In this document: piece after piece, positions 1 to 10,074 of the stretch | Layout: each line of letters begins with the position of its first letter | How positions within the stretch are numbered: position 1 is the stretch's first letter | Assembly: GCA_918797485.1 (NCBI GenBank) | Contig: CAKKNE010000005.1 | Span: 5,208,001-5,272,000 of the forward strand | Direction of reading: 5' to 3' | Origin: Pelagomonas calceolata | Lineage: Eukaryota | DNA: 64,000 bases | Position numbers and translations under genes: made by a program | The notes under the pieces: generated by a model | The model's database searches: none | Told to the model about the DNA's origin: nothing | The model's input: the letters and a program-made list of their open reading frames with translations, nothing else

Positions 1-384
1 CGGCGCCACCGCGGCGGCGACTAGAGGCGGTCAGTAGCGGTGCGTCTTCTGACATGTCGAATTCACGTGCCTGCGACGGCGGCGCAAATCAATGGCTGGT
101 GCTTAGAACACTCTTGGCGAGTTCACGCGTACGACTTGGTCCCTCAGACTTATGCGCGGCGGCACGCGGATGAAGATGGACGCCGAAAATTGCGTCAGTG
201 GTATTTAACGTCGTTACGGCGATGAAACTCAAGCTCAAATGCTCTGTGCCAAAACCCCCCCCGCTAGCCCCCACGGCGTGCCGCCAGGATTCAACGCGCG
301 GAGGACGGAGGCGTGGTACAAAAACCGTGCAACACACATGGTCGGCCGTGGGCGGCCGTGCGTAAAGATACCACTATCACGTCA

Positions 385-1176
385 CTACTTACGCTTCTTC
401 GCCTTCGACTTCTTCTTCACCGTCTCGGCCGCCGGCACCGTCTGCTCGGGCAGCGAGAAGAGCCTCACGAGAGCATCGTCGTCCTGGATCTTGTGCATCG
501 TGTGCGATATTTTGCTCATGATCCGCGACTTCTGGTCCTCCGTGATGTCGGGCTGTTTGGCCAGCACGCTCCACGCGAAGTCCACGGAAGACGCGCACCG
601 CTCGTCGGTCACGGCGTCGACGTGCTGCGTGGTATTCGTATAAGCAATCAATTCGTCGATCGACCGGGGCGGCGGCTTCTGCTCGTAGTCGCGCCCGACC
701 GACGGCGGCACGTAGACGTACGTCGTCGGCCCCGGCGTGCTCATGTCCCGCCTCACGAAGTCGCGCACGGCCTGCTGCATCGGCACCTCGGCCCCCTTGG
801 GCATGCGGCGCAGGGCCGTGCCGTCGTGGTCGTCGATCATCGTGACCGAGTGCTCCAGCACGTCGCGCACGCGCGGCATCGATGTCGATGGTGGCGCGTC
901 GCCGCCCCGGCCGCGGCCGCGGCCACGCCCGCGGCCCTCGCCGCGGCCGCGCCCCCGGCCGGCGGCTTGGCGCGCGTCGCCGCCGCGCCCGCGCCCGCGG
1001 CCTGATGCGCGCGCGGCCTGCTTTTGCTTGGCGCTGGGCGCCTGCTTTTTTGGTGTCTGTTTGGCTGGTGTCGCCGGCGCGTCGGTGGCGTCCGCCGCAA
1101 ACGCTCGGCTGTGCCGTGGCGCTGCTTGTGGTGCTTGTGGTGCGCGCCGCAGGGCGCGCGCGGCGGTGCGCAGCAT
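385..1176 (-). CDS. Hypothetical protein, probably mitochondrion-targeted, with RG/RGG-rich segment
   Basis: 263-aa ATG ORF; Arg/Ala-rich N-terminus MLRTAARALRR; (GR)n tracts; Lys-rich tail. Confidence 0.7.
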   Translation of the reverse strand: MLRTAARALRRAPQAPQAAPRHSRAFAADATDAPATPAKQTPKKQAPSAKQKQAARASGRGRGRGGDARQAAGRGRGRGEGRGRGRGRGRGGDAPPSTSMPRVRDVLEHSVTMIDDHDGTALRRMPKGAEVPMQQAVRDFVRRDMSTPGPTTYVYVPPSVGRDYEQKPPPRSIDELIAYTNTTQHVDAVTDERCASSVDFAWSVLAKQPDITEDQKSRIMSKISHTMHKIQDDDALVRLFSLPEQTVPAAETVKKKSKAKKRK

Positions 1177-1464
1177 CTCAGCGGTGGGCTATCCGATGAA
1201 TGTCGCGTCGCAGCGCAGCAAGGGAGCACGAATGGGTGATTGTGCGAGTCCTTTTGGGCTCCTGCCGCGGCGAGTTTGCTTGCCGCTCTCCGGCTGCAAA
1301 GCGTCCTTACGCCAGCCTATTGCTGGCAAATTTCTCACAACGAGCCGAACACATCAATTTTAGAGCTCTGCCGCCGGCAGCACGCACAGAAACGCGTCGC
1401 AGCGTGGTGAGCAACAGGGAGCCCCTGTGCTCAGCAGCCACGCGTAGCTGCAGCCGAGCCACAG

Positions 1465-2382
1465 ATGGCGGCCTTTACGCATGAGTATCGAGCACCACCG
1501 GGCTGGAGCGTCGACGGCCTCGCCCTCATGGCGGCGCGATCCGCGGTGGAGCGGGCGGCGCTCGCGTGCGCGAGGTCCCGGCTGGACGGCGACGACTGGG
1601 TCGGTGCGCTGGATCTGCTGAGTGCGGACACGCTTGCGCCTTACGCGAGCGTGGAGCTCGAGTGCGGCGCCGCCGACGTCGCCTGGGCGGACGGCGTCGT
1701 CGTCGTCGCTCGCGACGACGGCCACCTTGGATTTCATAATTGGCAAACCGGGGCGGCCGTCGTGGCGCCGGTCGTCGCCCACGCGGGAAGCGTCCGAGCC
1801 GTCGCGCGCAGCGGGCACCGCACCGTGGCCTCGACCGGCGACGACGGCGTCGTCCGGCGTTGGGACCTGCGCGAGGGCTCGCAGCTCGTGCACGAGCATT
1901 ATGGTCATACCGATGGCTGCTGTGCGATCGCGTGGTGGGACGCTACGGACACGCTCGCGTCGGGCGGCCGCGACTGCACCGTCAGGATATGGGACGGGCG
2001 TGCTCCCCGCGCCGCCGCGATGGCTACGTTCGGTAGCGACGTGCGGGCGCTCGCGGCCGCGGGTCACGCCGGCATCGGCGTCGTCGTGGGCCTCGGCGAC
2101 GGCTCGCTCGAGCTCTGGGACGTCCGGCAGGGCGCGGTCCCCGCCAGGTGTCAGACGTGTCGGTTCGCGCCCGGCGCCGGTGTGGGAGCCCTTGCCGAGT
2201 CCACCTGGGTCGATACACCACGGGTCGCCGCAGGCGCCGACGACGGGTCCATACGGCTCGTGTACGTGGATGCCCCCGCCGTCGGCGGACATGCGGACTA
2301 CTGCAACGCCCTGTGCTGGACCGACGCGTCGACGCTCGTTTCCGGTGGGCGGGACGGCGCCGTGAGGAGTTGGCGGGTGTAA
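1465..2382 (+). CDS. WD40-repeat protein
   Basis: Repeated GH...SGGRD.TVRIWD units (HAGSV..STGDDGVVRRWD, GHTDG..SGGRDCTVRIWD, GHADY..SGGRDGAVRSW). Confidence 0.9.
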   Translation: MAAFTHEYRAPPGWSVDGLALMAARSAVERAALACARSRLDGDDWVGALDLLSADTLAPYASVELECGAADVAWADGVVVVARDDGHLGFHNWQTGAAVVAPVVAHAGSVRAVARSGHRTVASTGDDGVVRRWDLREGSQLVHEHYGHTDGCCAIAWWDATDTLASGGRDCTVRIWDGRAPRAAAMATFGSDVRALAAAGHAGIGVVVGLGDGSLELWDVRQGAVPARCQTCRFAPGAGVGALAESTWVDTPRVAAGADDGSIRLVYVDAPAVGGHADYCNALCWTDASTLVSGGRDGAVRSWRV

Positions 2383-2476
2383 ACCCATTCTAGTTGTACC
2401 GTGACTAGTAGACACAGGGAGAGCGGCGCCGCGGCGGCGATGGCGTCTGGGAAATGCCAGGAAAACTTACGCACCG

Positions 2477-2926
2477 CTAAGCGTCCTCCGCAGCTCCGCG
2501 GTCGTGGACGCACTGGGCCCTCAACGTCTCCACGACGCCAAACACTAATGGAAGCGCCGCGCTCTCCGCGTCCTGGCGCACGCCGAGCTCGTGCTGGATC
2601 TGCGCGCGCGTGATGGACGCGCCGCGCTCGGCGCTCCGGCTCTCGGCCTCGAAGACCGACAGCGCGTGGCCGTACCCAGCGAAGGCCAAATACTCCCGGA
2701 CCAGCTCCTCGACGACGAGCGTGGCGGCGGTCGGGTCCGCGCGCGGCGGCGGCGCGTCGGCGCCCGCGTCGATGGTGTGGAAGATCTCCGACCGCAGCTG
2801 CGCGCGGACGCGGCCCAGCACGCCGCGCTGCTGGAGGCTCTCGCGCAGCGCGGACCGCAGGTCGTCGATGGACGACGGCGAGGCCTCGTCGGCCGTCGGC
2901 GGCGCCGTCGCGACGGCGGCGGCCAT
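2477..2926 (-). CDS. CEP20: CEP20/FOPNL/FOR20-like LisH centrosomal protein
   Basis: LRESLQQRGVLGRVRAQLRSEIF plus LisH ELVREYLAFAGYGHALSVFEAES; 149 aa. Confidence 0.8.
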   Translation of the reverse strand: MAAAVATAPPTADEASPSSIDDLRSALRESLQQRGVLGRVRAQLRSEIFHTIDAGADAPPPRADPTAATLVVEELVREYLAFAGYGHALSVFEAESRSAERGASITRAQIQHELGVRQDAESAALPLVFGVVETLRAQCVHDRGAAEDA

Positions 2927-3189
2927 ACTCTACTCGCAGTGGCTGTTGTTTTAGTGATGGGTGGGCTGCCCTTTGGTCAGGGCTGCAAGCGCGGTACGCG
3001 TCCGGGCAGGCTGTTTAAAATCGAGTTATGGCTACGATGTAGTGCGTAATCGATGGCCAATGCGCTCTGCCGGTTTGAAAGCACTTTTGTTTCGGATAGT
3101 TCGGGTCTAGTACACGCTGTACTGTCTTCCCGATCTTTCGCAGAACATGATTCTACGTTAAAGAAGCGCTCAGCTCTTGCAGTGAGAAC

Positions 3190-3211
3190 CTAGCGCTTGT
3201 AAGACACTAGC
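3190..3211 (-). promoter_or_regulatory. CTAG-bracketed upstream element
   Basis: CTAGCGCTTGTAAGACACTAGC in a divergent gap. Confidence 0.65.
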
Positions 3212-3399
3212 AAGCCAAAAAACGAGCTCGGCTGCTCGAGCCGCATTCGGCGTGATTGTGGCCTTAGGTTGGTGAACAGTGCAGGCAGCCAAGCGATCCA
3301 TCCGTGCGACGGGCCAGCACGCTAAAACGCTGCCGACGCCCTCGTGAAGCACCACTAATAACACCAAAAAAAAATAGTTTTGCAGACGCGCGCACAAAA

Positions 3400-5502
3400 A
3401 TGCGCGCACTACTCCTCGCAGCCTGCCTCCTCACGACGACGAACTCCGACGGCCCGCCGCGGAAGCGCCTGCGCGGCGCGGTGCGCGAGATCGGCGACGT
3501 CCAGGACGAGCTCGTGCGGTCCGAGCACCGCGCGCGGCGCGTGGAACGGGACTTGGATGTGGTCCTGAGCGCCTTCTCGAACGGTACGCGGGCCTTTTCC
3601 AGAAGGCGACGGAGGAGCGGCGGCGACGACGGCTTCGAGCGCGCGCTCGGGAAACGGCTCCAGGAGATGCGCGACGACCTGACGGCGCTCGTGCGGACCA
3701 TCAACGCGACGCGCAACGAGCTCGCCGAGGCGCGCCAGGCCGTGGGCACGACGGAGAAGGCGCTCGAAAGCGCGCGCGGCGCGGAAAGGCGCGCGAGGCT
3801 CGCGGACCGACTCCGGGACGGGCGCGCGGCCGTCGACTACGAGTCAGGGGAAGTGGCTGGCTTGGTCGGGCTCCTGTCGCCGCACGAGCTGCGAAGGCTC
3901 GTGTCGCAGGTGGGCAGCACGAACGCGACGGCGTTGGAAGCGCATTTGCTGCGGGAGTCGTTTAGCCAAGGCGGCGGGTCGCGCAAGTTCGTCAAGGCCC
4001 GGAGCCGCGTCGACCCGGCCAAATTGCACCTGGACGCGCGCTTCCTGCAAGATGTGGTTGCTTTATCATTAGCGACGGCGGTCGGCGGCCTCGTCGCGGC
4101 GCTGGTGCACGCGCCGCACACGCTGGGCTACATGGTCGGCGGTGTTGTGGTCGGGCCGAGCGGGTTGGATCTAGTGCGGAACCTCGAGCAGACGGAGACC
4201 GTGGCGCAGTTTGGCTCGATATTTCTACTCTTCAGTCATGGGCTCATGTACTCGCACTACCTGGATCGGAAGAAGCGGCGAGTACGGCGCAAATCCACTC
4301 CCTCCTCCCCCAAGACGTCTCCGCTCAAGAAGCGCCAGACGTCGTTCCAGATGTCGTACCATTCGTCCGAGTCCGATGAGGGTGAAGACGACGAGGCTCC
4401 CAGGGATGCGGCCTTCGCCTGGGGTTTAGGTTTAGTGCTGCTGTTGGGCGTGGTCTTCGCGGTGCTCGTGCCGGCGGCGCTCGGTGGCGACCAGTCGTCG
4501 GCCGAGCGTTCTTTGGTTGCGGCCGCGTTCGCGCTGTCCTCGTCGTCGACGGTCCTCGCGACCCTCAAAGAGGCGAAGCTCGAGGGCACGCGCTTCGGCC
4601 ACACCATCGTCGAGATGCTCTCCGTCCAAGATTTAGTTCTGGCACCTTTGCTGGCTTTGCCGACGGCCGTGCACGAGCTGAGGGAGCGCGACCAGCGCAA
4701 GCACCCCGAGTCGAGCATGGTCATGTGGGTCGCGCAAGTCGCCGGCGGGTATATAACAGCAATCGTCGTGGTGGTCTTGTTCGCGCGGCGGGCTTTACCA
4801 AGGGCATTGGGCGCGCTGCAACGCATCGGCGAGACGGGCGACGCGCAGGACGCGAAGAAGAGCGCCACGACGGCGTCGTTTGGGCTCTGCGTCGTCGGCT
4901 ATGCTTTGGCGATGGCGTTGTTGGGCGACCGCCTGAAGCTGTCGCACGAGGCCGGGGCTTTATTCGCGGGTCTGGTGTTGGTCGGCACGCCGCACGTCGA
5001 CCGGGCGAAACGGGCCGTGGCGCCTTTAGCCGCTTTATTTGGCGGCATGTACGTCGCGTCCCTAGGCTTGGTCGTGTCGCCCAGATACCTGCAGAACCAT
5101 GCGTCGGCCGTCGTCGCCCACGTGCTCTTCGTCGTCTGCGTCAAGGTCGCCGTGACCGCTCCTGTGGTCTATGCCCTGGGCTTCTCCAAACAGGCGGCGG
5201 CCGGCGCCGGCGCGGTCTTCGCGCAGGTGTCCGAGGTCGCGTTATTCGTCGCGGCGCGGGCGCACGAGCTCGAGCTGCTCGCGCGGCACACGTATCTCGA
5301 CGTGCTCTCGACGACGATCGTGCTGCTGGCCGTGGCGCCGCTGTTTATTCATGGATTACGGCGCGTCGACCGGCGCCACTTTTTAGAAGCGGACCGGGAG
5401 TCGCGGCGGGGCGGTCTCGTCGCGGACCTCGCGCAGCTGCCGCTGCTGATTTTCGGGCGCGTCGGGTCGTTGGTGCTGCGGCGGCCGGCGAGGAGTGCGT
5501 AA
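3400..5502 (+). CDS. CPA2-family cation/H+ antiporter (KEA4-6/TMCO3-like) with signal peptide and coiled coil
   Basis: ATG at 3400 (MRALLLAACLL); LGYMVGGVVVGPSG, AQFGSIFLLF, ALSSSSTV, QDL, QVSE motifs; many transmembrane segments. Confidence 0.88.
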   Translation: MRALLLAACLLTTTNSDGPPRKRLRGAVREIGDVQDELVRSEHRARRVERDLDVVLSAFSNGTRAFSRRRRRSGGDDGFERALGKRLQEMRDDLTALVRTINATRNELAEARQAVGTTEKALESARGAERRARLADRLRDGRAAVDYESGEVAGLVGLLSPHELRRLVSQVGSTNATALEAHLLRESFSQGGGSRKFVKARSRVDPAKLHLDARFLQDVVALSLATAVGGLVAALVHAPHTLGYMVGGVVVGPSGLDLVRNLEQTETVAQFGSIFLLFSHGLMYSHYLDRKKRRVRRKSTPSSPKTSPLKKRQTSFQMSYHSSESDEGEDDEAPRDAAFAWGLGLVLLLGVVFAVLVPAALGGDQSSAERSLVAAAFALSSSSTVLATLKEAKLEGTRFGHTIVEMLSVQDLVLAPLLALPTAVHELRERDQRKHPESSMVMWVAQVAGGYITAIVVVVLFARRALPRALGALQRIGETGDAQDAKKSATTASFGLCVVGYALAMALLGDRLKLSHEAGALFAGLVLVGTPHVDRAKRAVAPLAALFGGMYVASLGLVVSPRYLQNHASAVVAHVLFVVCVKVAVTAPVVYALGFSKQAAAGAGAVFAQVSEVALFVAARAHELELLARHTYLDVLSTTIVLLAVAPLFIHGLRRVDRRHFLEADRESRRGGLVADLAQLPLLIFGRVGSLVLRRPARSA

Positions 5503-5793
5503 CGTCCAACGGTAGTGCTTTAGTGAATCCCTACAAAACCCGTCACGCCTCAAAGTCCGAGCCCCGCGCCGCGCTGGCACGCTTGAAACTGTCTCTCCGT
5601 CGTGGTGTACCACTGTGTTATCTCCCTTGAAGCGCTTGCAAGCTCGGGCTCCGGTTGTGTGCATCAATTGCTGCATTTGACGACTGCTCTCCCAAAACCA
5701 GTGCTCTCCGGTTTGCAGAGACCCACTCGTGCGCCGGAGCGACTCGCGGAAGCTGCGAGATATACCGTTTGCAGCATATCGGCAGCCAGCACG

Positions 5794-6234
5794 ATGCGCG
5801 CCTTTCTCTTAGCCACCTATGCTGCCGCATTCGTCATGCGACGACCAGCAGTCGTCCGCAGCGGGCACCGGAGAATAAATTCGATCGTCGACGACCTAGC
5901 AGAGCACGACGTCGTAGAATATAGCACAGACGACGGCGGCCTGGGCTTGGGCGTGGTCTGCGAAGACGGCACGATACACCCTCTCTGCTATTTTGTCGAG
6001 GAAGAAGATGACGGCCCCGTGGACTACGTCTGGGACGAGGAAGTCGACGCGGTAGAAGCCGAGCGAGCGGTGCGAGTCGTCGACGACGTCTACCCGAAAA
6101 CGAGGCAGGCGCAGCGCGGCGTCGACAATCCGCACGGCGAGCATGCGGAGGACGTCTACGAGATCGAGCGGGGCGCGCTCGACGAGCGCGTCGTCGTCGC
6201 GTTCCGGCCGGAGCGGGACATCGTCTGGGGCTAA
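5794..6234 (+). CDS. Small acidic hypothetical protein, probably plastid-targeted
   Basis: MRAFLLATYAAAF presequence; NPHGEHAED motif; coding-like composition. Confidence 0.7.
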   Translation: MRAFLLATYAAAFVMRRPAVVRSGHRRINSIVDDLAEHDVVEYSTDDGGLGLGVVCEDGTIHPLCYFVEEEDDGPVDYVWDEEVDAVEAERAVRVVDDVYPKTRQAQRGVDNPHGEHAEDVYEIERGALDERVVVAFRPERDIVWG

Positions 6235-6246
6235 TGTGTTGTACAA

Positions 6247-7459
6247 CTATTCGCTTATCGTGACCTTGCGCACGCTCTCCTCGATACTTGGAGGAAGCAG
6301 CGCGTCGCGGAGGGAAGGTTCCAATGGCGCCGCGCGCCGCCGCAGCGCCAGCAGGTGGAACCGCCCGAAGCCCGAGCTCAGGCCGCCGACGGCGTCCGTC
6401 GACACGGACCCCCGGCGCACCTCGAGCCCGTGGCGCGCCAGCAGCGCCGGATTTAAATAAGACTGCGTGAAGCCCGTCACGACGAAGAGCGACGTCGGCT
6501 TGAGCAGCGCCGCCACGGCTTTCAACACCGGCTCGGCCATGGCCGGCGACCCGACCTGGCCGCATAAGACCGAGCCGGACGCGATGACCACGTCCGGCGG
6601 TTCTATCATATCCCACGTCGCCGTGTCGCCTGTGTGATCGCCTTTTGGGGGAATTGACGAAACCAACGGTGAGTGCGAGAGACCGTCGCGAACCTCCACG
6701 ACATAGCTTTCGACGCCGGGCCGCACAGGCGTCCACGCAGAGCCCCTCCACGATTGCTGACGCGCACCGGTCGCGGGCCCTTCGACACAGGTCCGCGTTC
6801 CGCTCCACAAAAACATAGGAGGCCACGTCCGGCCGCCTCCCCAGGAGCCGCTCCATAAATGCGCCGTCGCCCGCGCAGAGCTCCAGGACCCGCCCGTTCA
6901 AAGGCAGCGCGTCGAAGTCCTGGATCGCGTCGAGGATGACGTCGTCGATGTACGTGCGGTACGTCTGGTAGGAGATGCTACCGTCCTCGTGGCCGGGTTT
7001 GAGGTAGTGCTTGGACCACCAGGCGTCCTTCTTCAGCTTTTCGGGCGGCGGCGGCGGCACCCACACTTCGCAGACGCCGTCGTGCAGCGCGAGGCCCCTG
7101 CTTAATTGCTCCTCGTACCACTCGATGTGTTCCTTACCGTCGACGCGCATGCCCAGGACATAATCGTCCTCGGCGCCGTTACTCCCCTCGAAGTGGATGC
7201 GCGCCCAGAGGCTCCTCGCGGATTCATGCATTCGACCTTTGCCGACGCGGCACACGACTTCCCTCACCCAGGTCTGGCGGTCCGGCGACGCGGGCCACGC
7301 GCCTTGTTCAAACGAGGCGTAGACGTGGCGGTCCTGGGCGCTGCCATCCAGAAAACTCGCCTCGTCTATCGTGAGTTCGTCGTCGGGGCAGTCGGGGCTG
7401 CTGGCCAGCTCCACCAGGTTGCTCACGAGGTCCGCGTCGAGCTGCGTGAAGAGGGCCAT
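6247..7459 (-). CDS. Class I SAM-dependent methyltransferase; one intron (best fit 6630-6726)
   Basis: VLELCAGDG motif I and VE acidic motif; removing GT..CAG 6726-6630 (97 nt) joins the frames to give CVDACDTATWDMIEPPDVVIASG...LLKP. Confidence 0.8.
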
Positions 7460-7664
7460 TTTTGTCTCGTGATTTTGTTCGGCTCGCGCGTGCTCGAATG
7501 GCCCAGATCTTAGCTTGTGGGCAGCTTTGCTTGTGGGCAGCCTAGAGCCTCACAGATCGCACGAATCACTGGTGCCGCTTGGTCACGATCGAATAGCTTC
7601 CGAACCCGCGCTGAACGGCCTCAGATACTCCCAGTTGGCTAGATTGTCGGCGGCAGCGTGGTTT

Positions 7665-7687
7665 CTAGTGTGTTACAGGACGCTAGC
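7665..7687 (+). promoter_or_regulatory. CTAG-bracketed upstream element
   Basis: CTAGTGTGTTACAGGACGCTAGC in a divergent gap. Confidence 0.65.
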
Positions 7688-7775
7688 TCGGCGCGGTTTT
7701 GCTTTTGTGAGGCCTGTGTGGCGTATTGATCACAAAACACTTCATCGACGCCGTCGACGACAACAAAACACCACA

Positions 7776-8891
7776 ATGCAGCGCTGCGCCGCCACGCTGG
7801 TCGCCGCGTGCCTCCTCGGCAGCGCCGAGTCACTGGCGCCACCCTCAGCGCACGTCGTGGACCTGCGCAGCGACACCGTGACCCAGCCGACAGCTGCCAT
7901 GCGCGAGGCCATGAAGGTAGCGGAGGTTGGAGATGATGTTTTTGGGGACGACCCCACAGTCCAAAAGCTCGAACGGCGAGTCGCGGACCTGCTGGGCAAG
8001 GAGGCCGGCGTCTTCGTGCCGTCGGGCACGATGGGCAATTTGGTGAGCATGCTGAGCCACTGTCGAGAGAGAGGGTCGGAGTACATCGTCGGCGACCAGG
8101 CGCACATTTACATCTTCGAGCAGGGCGGCGCCGCGCAATTTGGCGGGTGTCACCCGCGCGCGCTGCGGACGTTTGAGGATGGGACCATCGGGTCCCCGGC
8201 AGACGTGGAAGCCATGATCCGCCCGGACAACGAGCACTTCCCCGTGACGCGGGTCGTGGCTCTCGAGTCGACGCATAACCTCTGTGGCGGTTCGGTGCTT
8301 TCCCAGACGTATGTCGAGGCTATTTGTGGTGTGGCGCAGAAGCACGGTGTGTCTACACATTTGGACGGGGCGCGGGCCTGGCACGCGGCCGCGGCTTTAG
8401 ATGTGCCGATCGCGGAGTACGTGCGCCCCTTCGACTCGGTGAGCGTCTGCCTCTCGAAGGGCCTGGGGGCGCCGGTCGGGTCCGTCGTCGTCGGGTCCCA
8501 GGAGTTCGTGAAGAGGTGTAGGAAGCTGCGGAAGGGTTTGGGGGGCACGACGCGGCAGGTCGGCGTGCTCGCGGCGGCGGGGCTGGTGGCTTTGGACGAG
8601 ATCCTGCCGGGACTGGGCGGCGACCACGCGCGGTGCGCGCGCCTCGCGGAGGGGCTGGCGGCGCTGGGTTTTGACGTGGAAACGCCGACGACGAATTTAC
8701 TTTATTTTTCGGTGGGCAAGGTGCCGATCGCCGCGGACGCGTTCGTGGCGGAATGCGACCAAAAGGGTGTGCGTTTACTAGTGGTTCCCGGCGCCGTTGG
8801 CCGTATGCGCATCGTGACGCACCACCAGGTGACGGATGCGGGCGTCGAGAAAGCGCTGGAGGTTTTTAAGGCGGCCGTCGAGGGGGCTTGA
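7776..8891 (+). CDS. ltaE: Low-specificity L-threonine aldolase (PLP-dependent) with N-terminal targeting peptide
   Basis: DLRSDTVT, GDDVFGDDPTV, SGTMGN, HLDGAR, CLSKGLGAPVGS. Confidence 0.95.
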   Translation: MQRCAATLVAACLLGSAESLAPPSAHVVDLRSDTVTQPTAAMREAMKVAEVGDDVFGDDPTVQKLERRVADLLGKEAGVFVPSGTMGNLVSMLSHCRERGSEYIVGDQAHIYIFEQGGAAQFGGCHPRALRTFEDGTIGSPADVEAMIRPDNEHFPVTRVVALESTHNLCGGSVLSQTYVEAICGVAQKHGVSTHLDGARAWHAAAALDVPIAEYVRPFDSVSVCLSKGLGAPVGSVVVGSQEFVKRCRKLRKGLGGTTRQVGVLAAAGLVALDEILPGLGGDHARCARLAEGLAALGFDVETPTTNLLYFSVGKVPIAADAFVAECDQKGVRLLVVPGAVGRMRIVTHHQVTDAGVEKALEVFKAAVEGA

Positions 8892-9390
8892 ATTCATAAC
8901 TGTTTTATATGTCTAATTGCCTCTGTTGCTTTCTTCCCCTTTAAGGACGTGCGCCAGTATTGGGACCCTATCGTCATTTTGGTGCCTTGGCATTGCTTGA
9001 CATTCAGAGCTTAAAACGCTGCACAAACGCAACCTGCGACCACACAGCGTCCAGAGCTAACCGCGCGTATATGATTTCGCTGCGGAGACCGCTATTTCGA
9101 TCCGCATCGCGCGGAGATCGCTGCAAAAACGCTGCCATTAATGCCAGCGTCAAAGGCACCGCATGCGGAACCACCACCGCGCAATTGAGTTTCTGATGAA
9201 TTCGGCGCAAACGAGCCGGGCAAGGCCCTGCAACAGTTCGGACGTCGGGCTTTGTCAACCTCCGCGCGTCGGACGTACGACCGGCCGCGGCGCGGAGGCT
9301 TCCATACACAGATGTCGCGCACCGCCACGCCATCGCGCAGACCCGTCGATGGCGTGGATATTGACGCGGAAAATCACACACAGGTCGAGC

Positions 9391-9642
9391 ATGAAGCTAT
9401 TCATCATCTCGTTGATCCTCAGCGCCGCGGCCGCGTTCGCGCCCGCCGCCCCCAAGGCCGCCGCGCCGCTGACGGTGCGCGAAATGCATGTCGTCTCGTC
9501 CATCGGGTCCTGGAAGAAGCGTTCCAAGACCTGCCAAGTCATCCGCCGCCGCGGCCGCTACTACGTCATCGACAAGAAGAACCCGCGCAACAAGGCGCGC
9601 CAGGGCGGCGCGAAGATGAAGCCCTGGAAGAAGGGCAAGTAG
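9391..9642 (+). CDS. rpl36: Ribosomal protein bL36, zinc-free (C-minus) type, with bipartite plastid presequence
   Basis: [18 protein letters not shown] presequence, then [46 protein letters not shown]. Confidence 0.9.
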   Translation: MKLFIISLILSAAAAFAPAAPKAAAPLTVREMHVVSSIGSWKKRSKTCQVIRRRGRYYVIDKKNPRNKARQGGAKMKPWKKGK

Positions 9643-10074
9643 ATCGGGTAAGACCGTCTTACGCGAGTCGTCGTCTCTTAGTACCTATGTTGCTCTGAGC
9701 CAAACTTCGGTCGGGTTTTGTCGAAAATGGACGGCTTTCCAGACACAAACCTAGAAAGCAGGGAGAAGCCTGGACTGCTTCTCTTGATGGATCTATCGTG
9801 CGGGGACGCAAAGCGACGAGCATCGACAGCCTGGCATCTCTCGCGGCTGGCCCACACGAGCACGCGCTGGAACGCTGAGAGTAGCTGTGCGAGATCATCT
9901 AACCAGCCAAGCTTGAGCCTGACAGCAGCGATCGTCAAACCGGGAGGTGACGCACAGAGAGGCCACTTACAGCAAGCAGTGGCCTCCACAGCACGCGTCG
10001 CCGGCGCGCGCCGAAATCCGTCGCGTGCGAACGAAGCGAACGACTACAGCGCGGCGCCAAAGCCACCGACCTAG

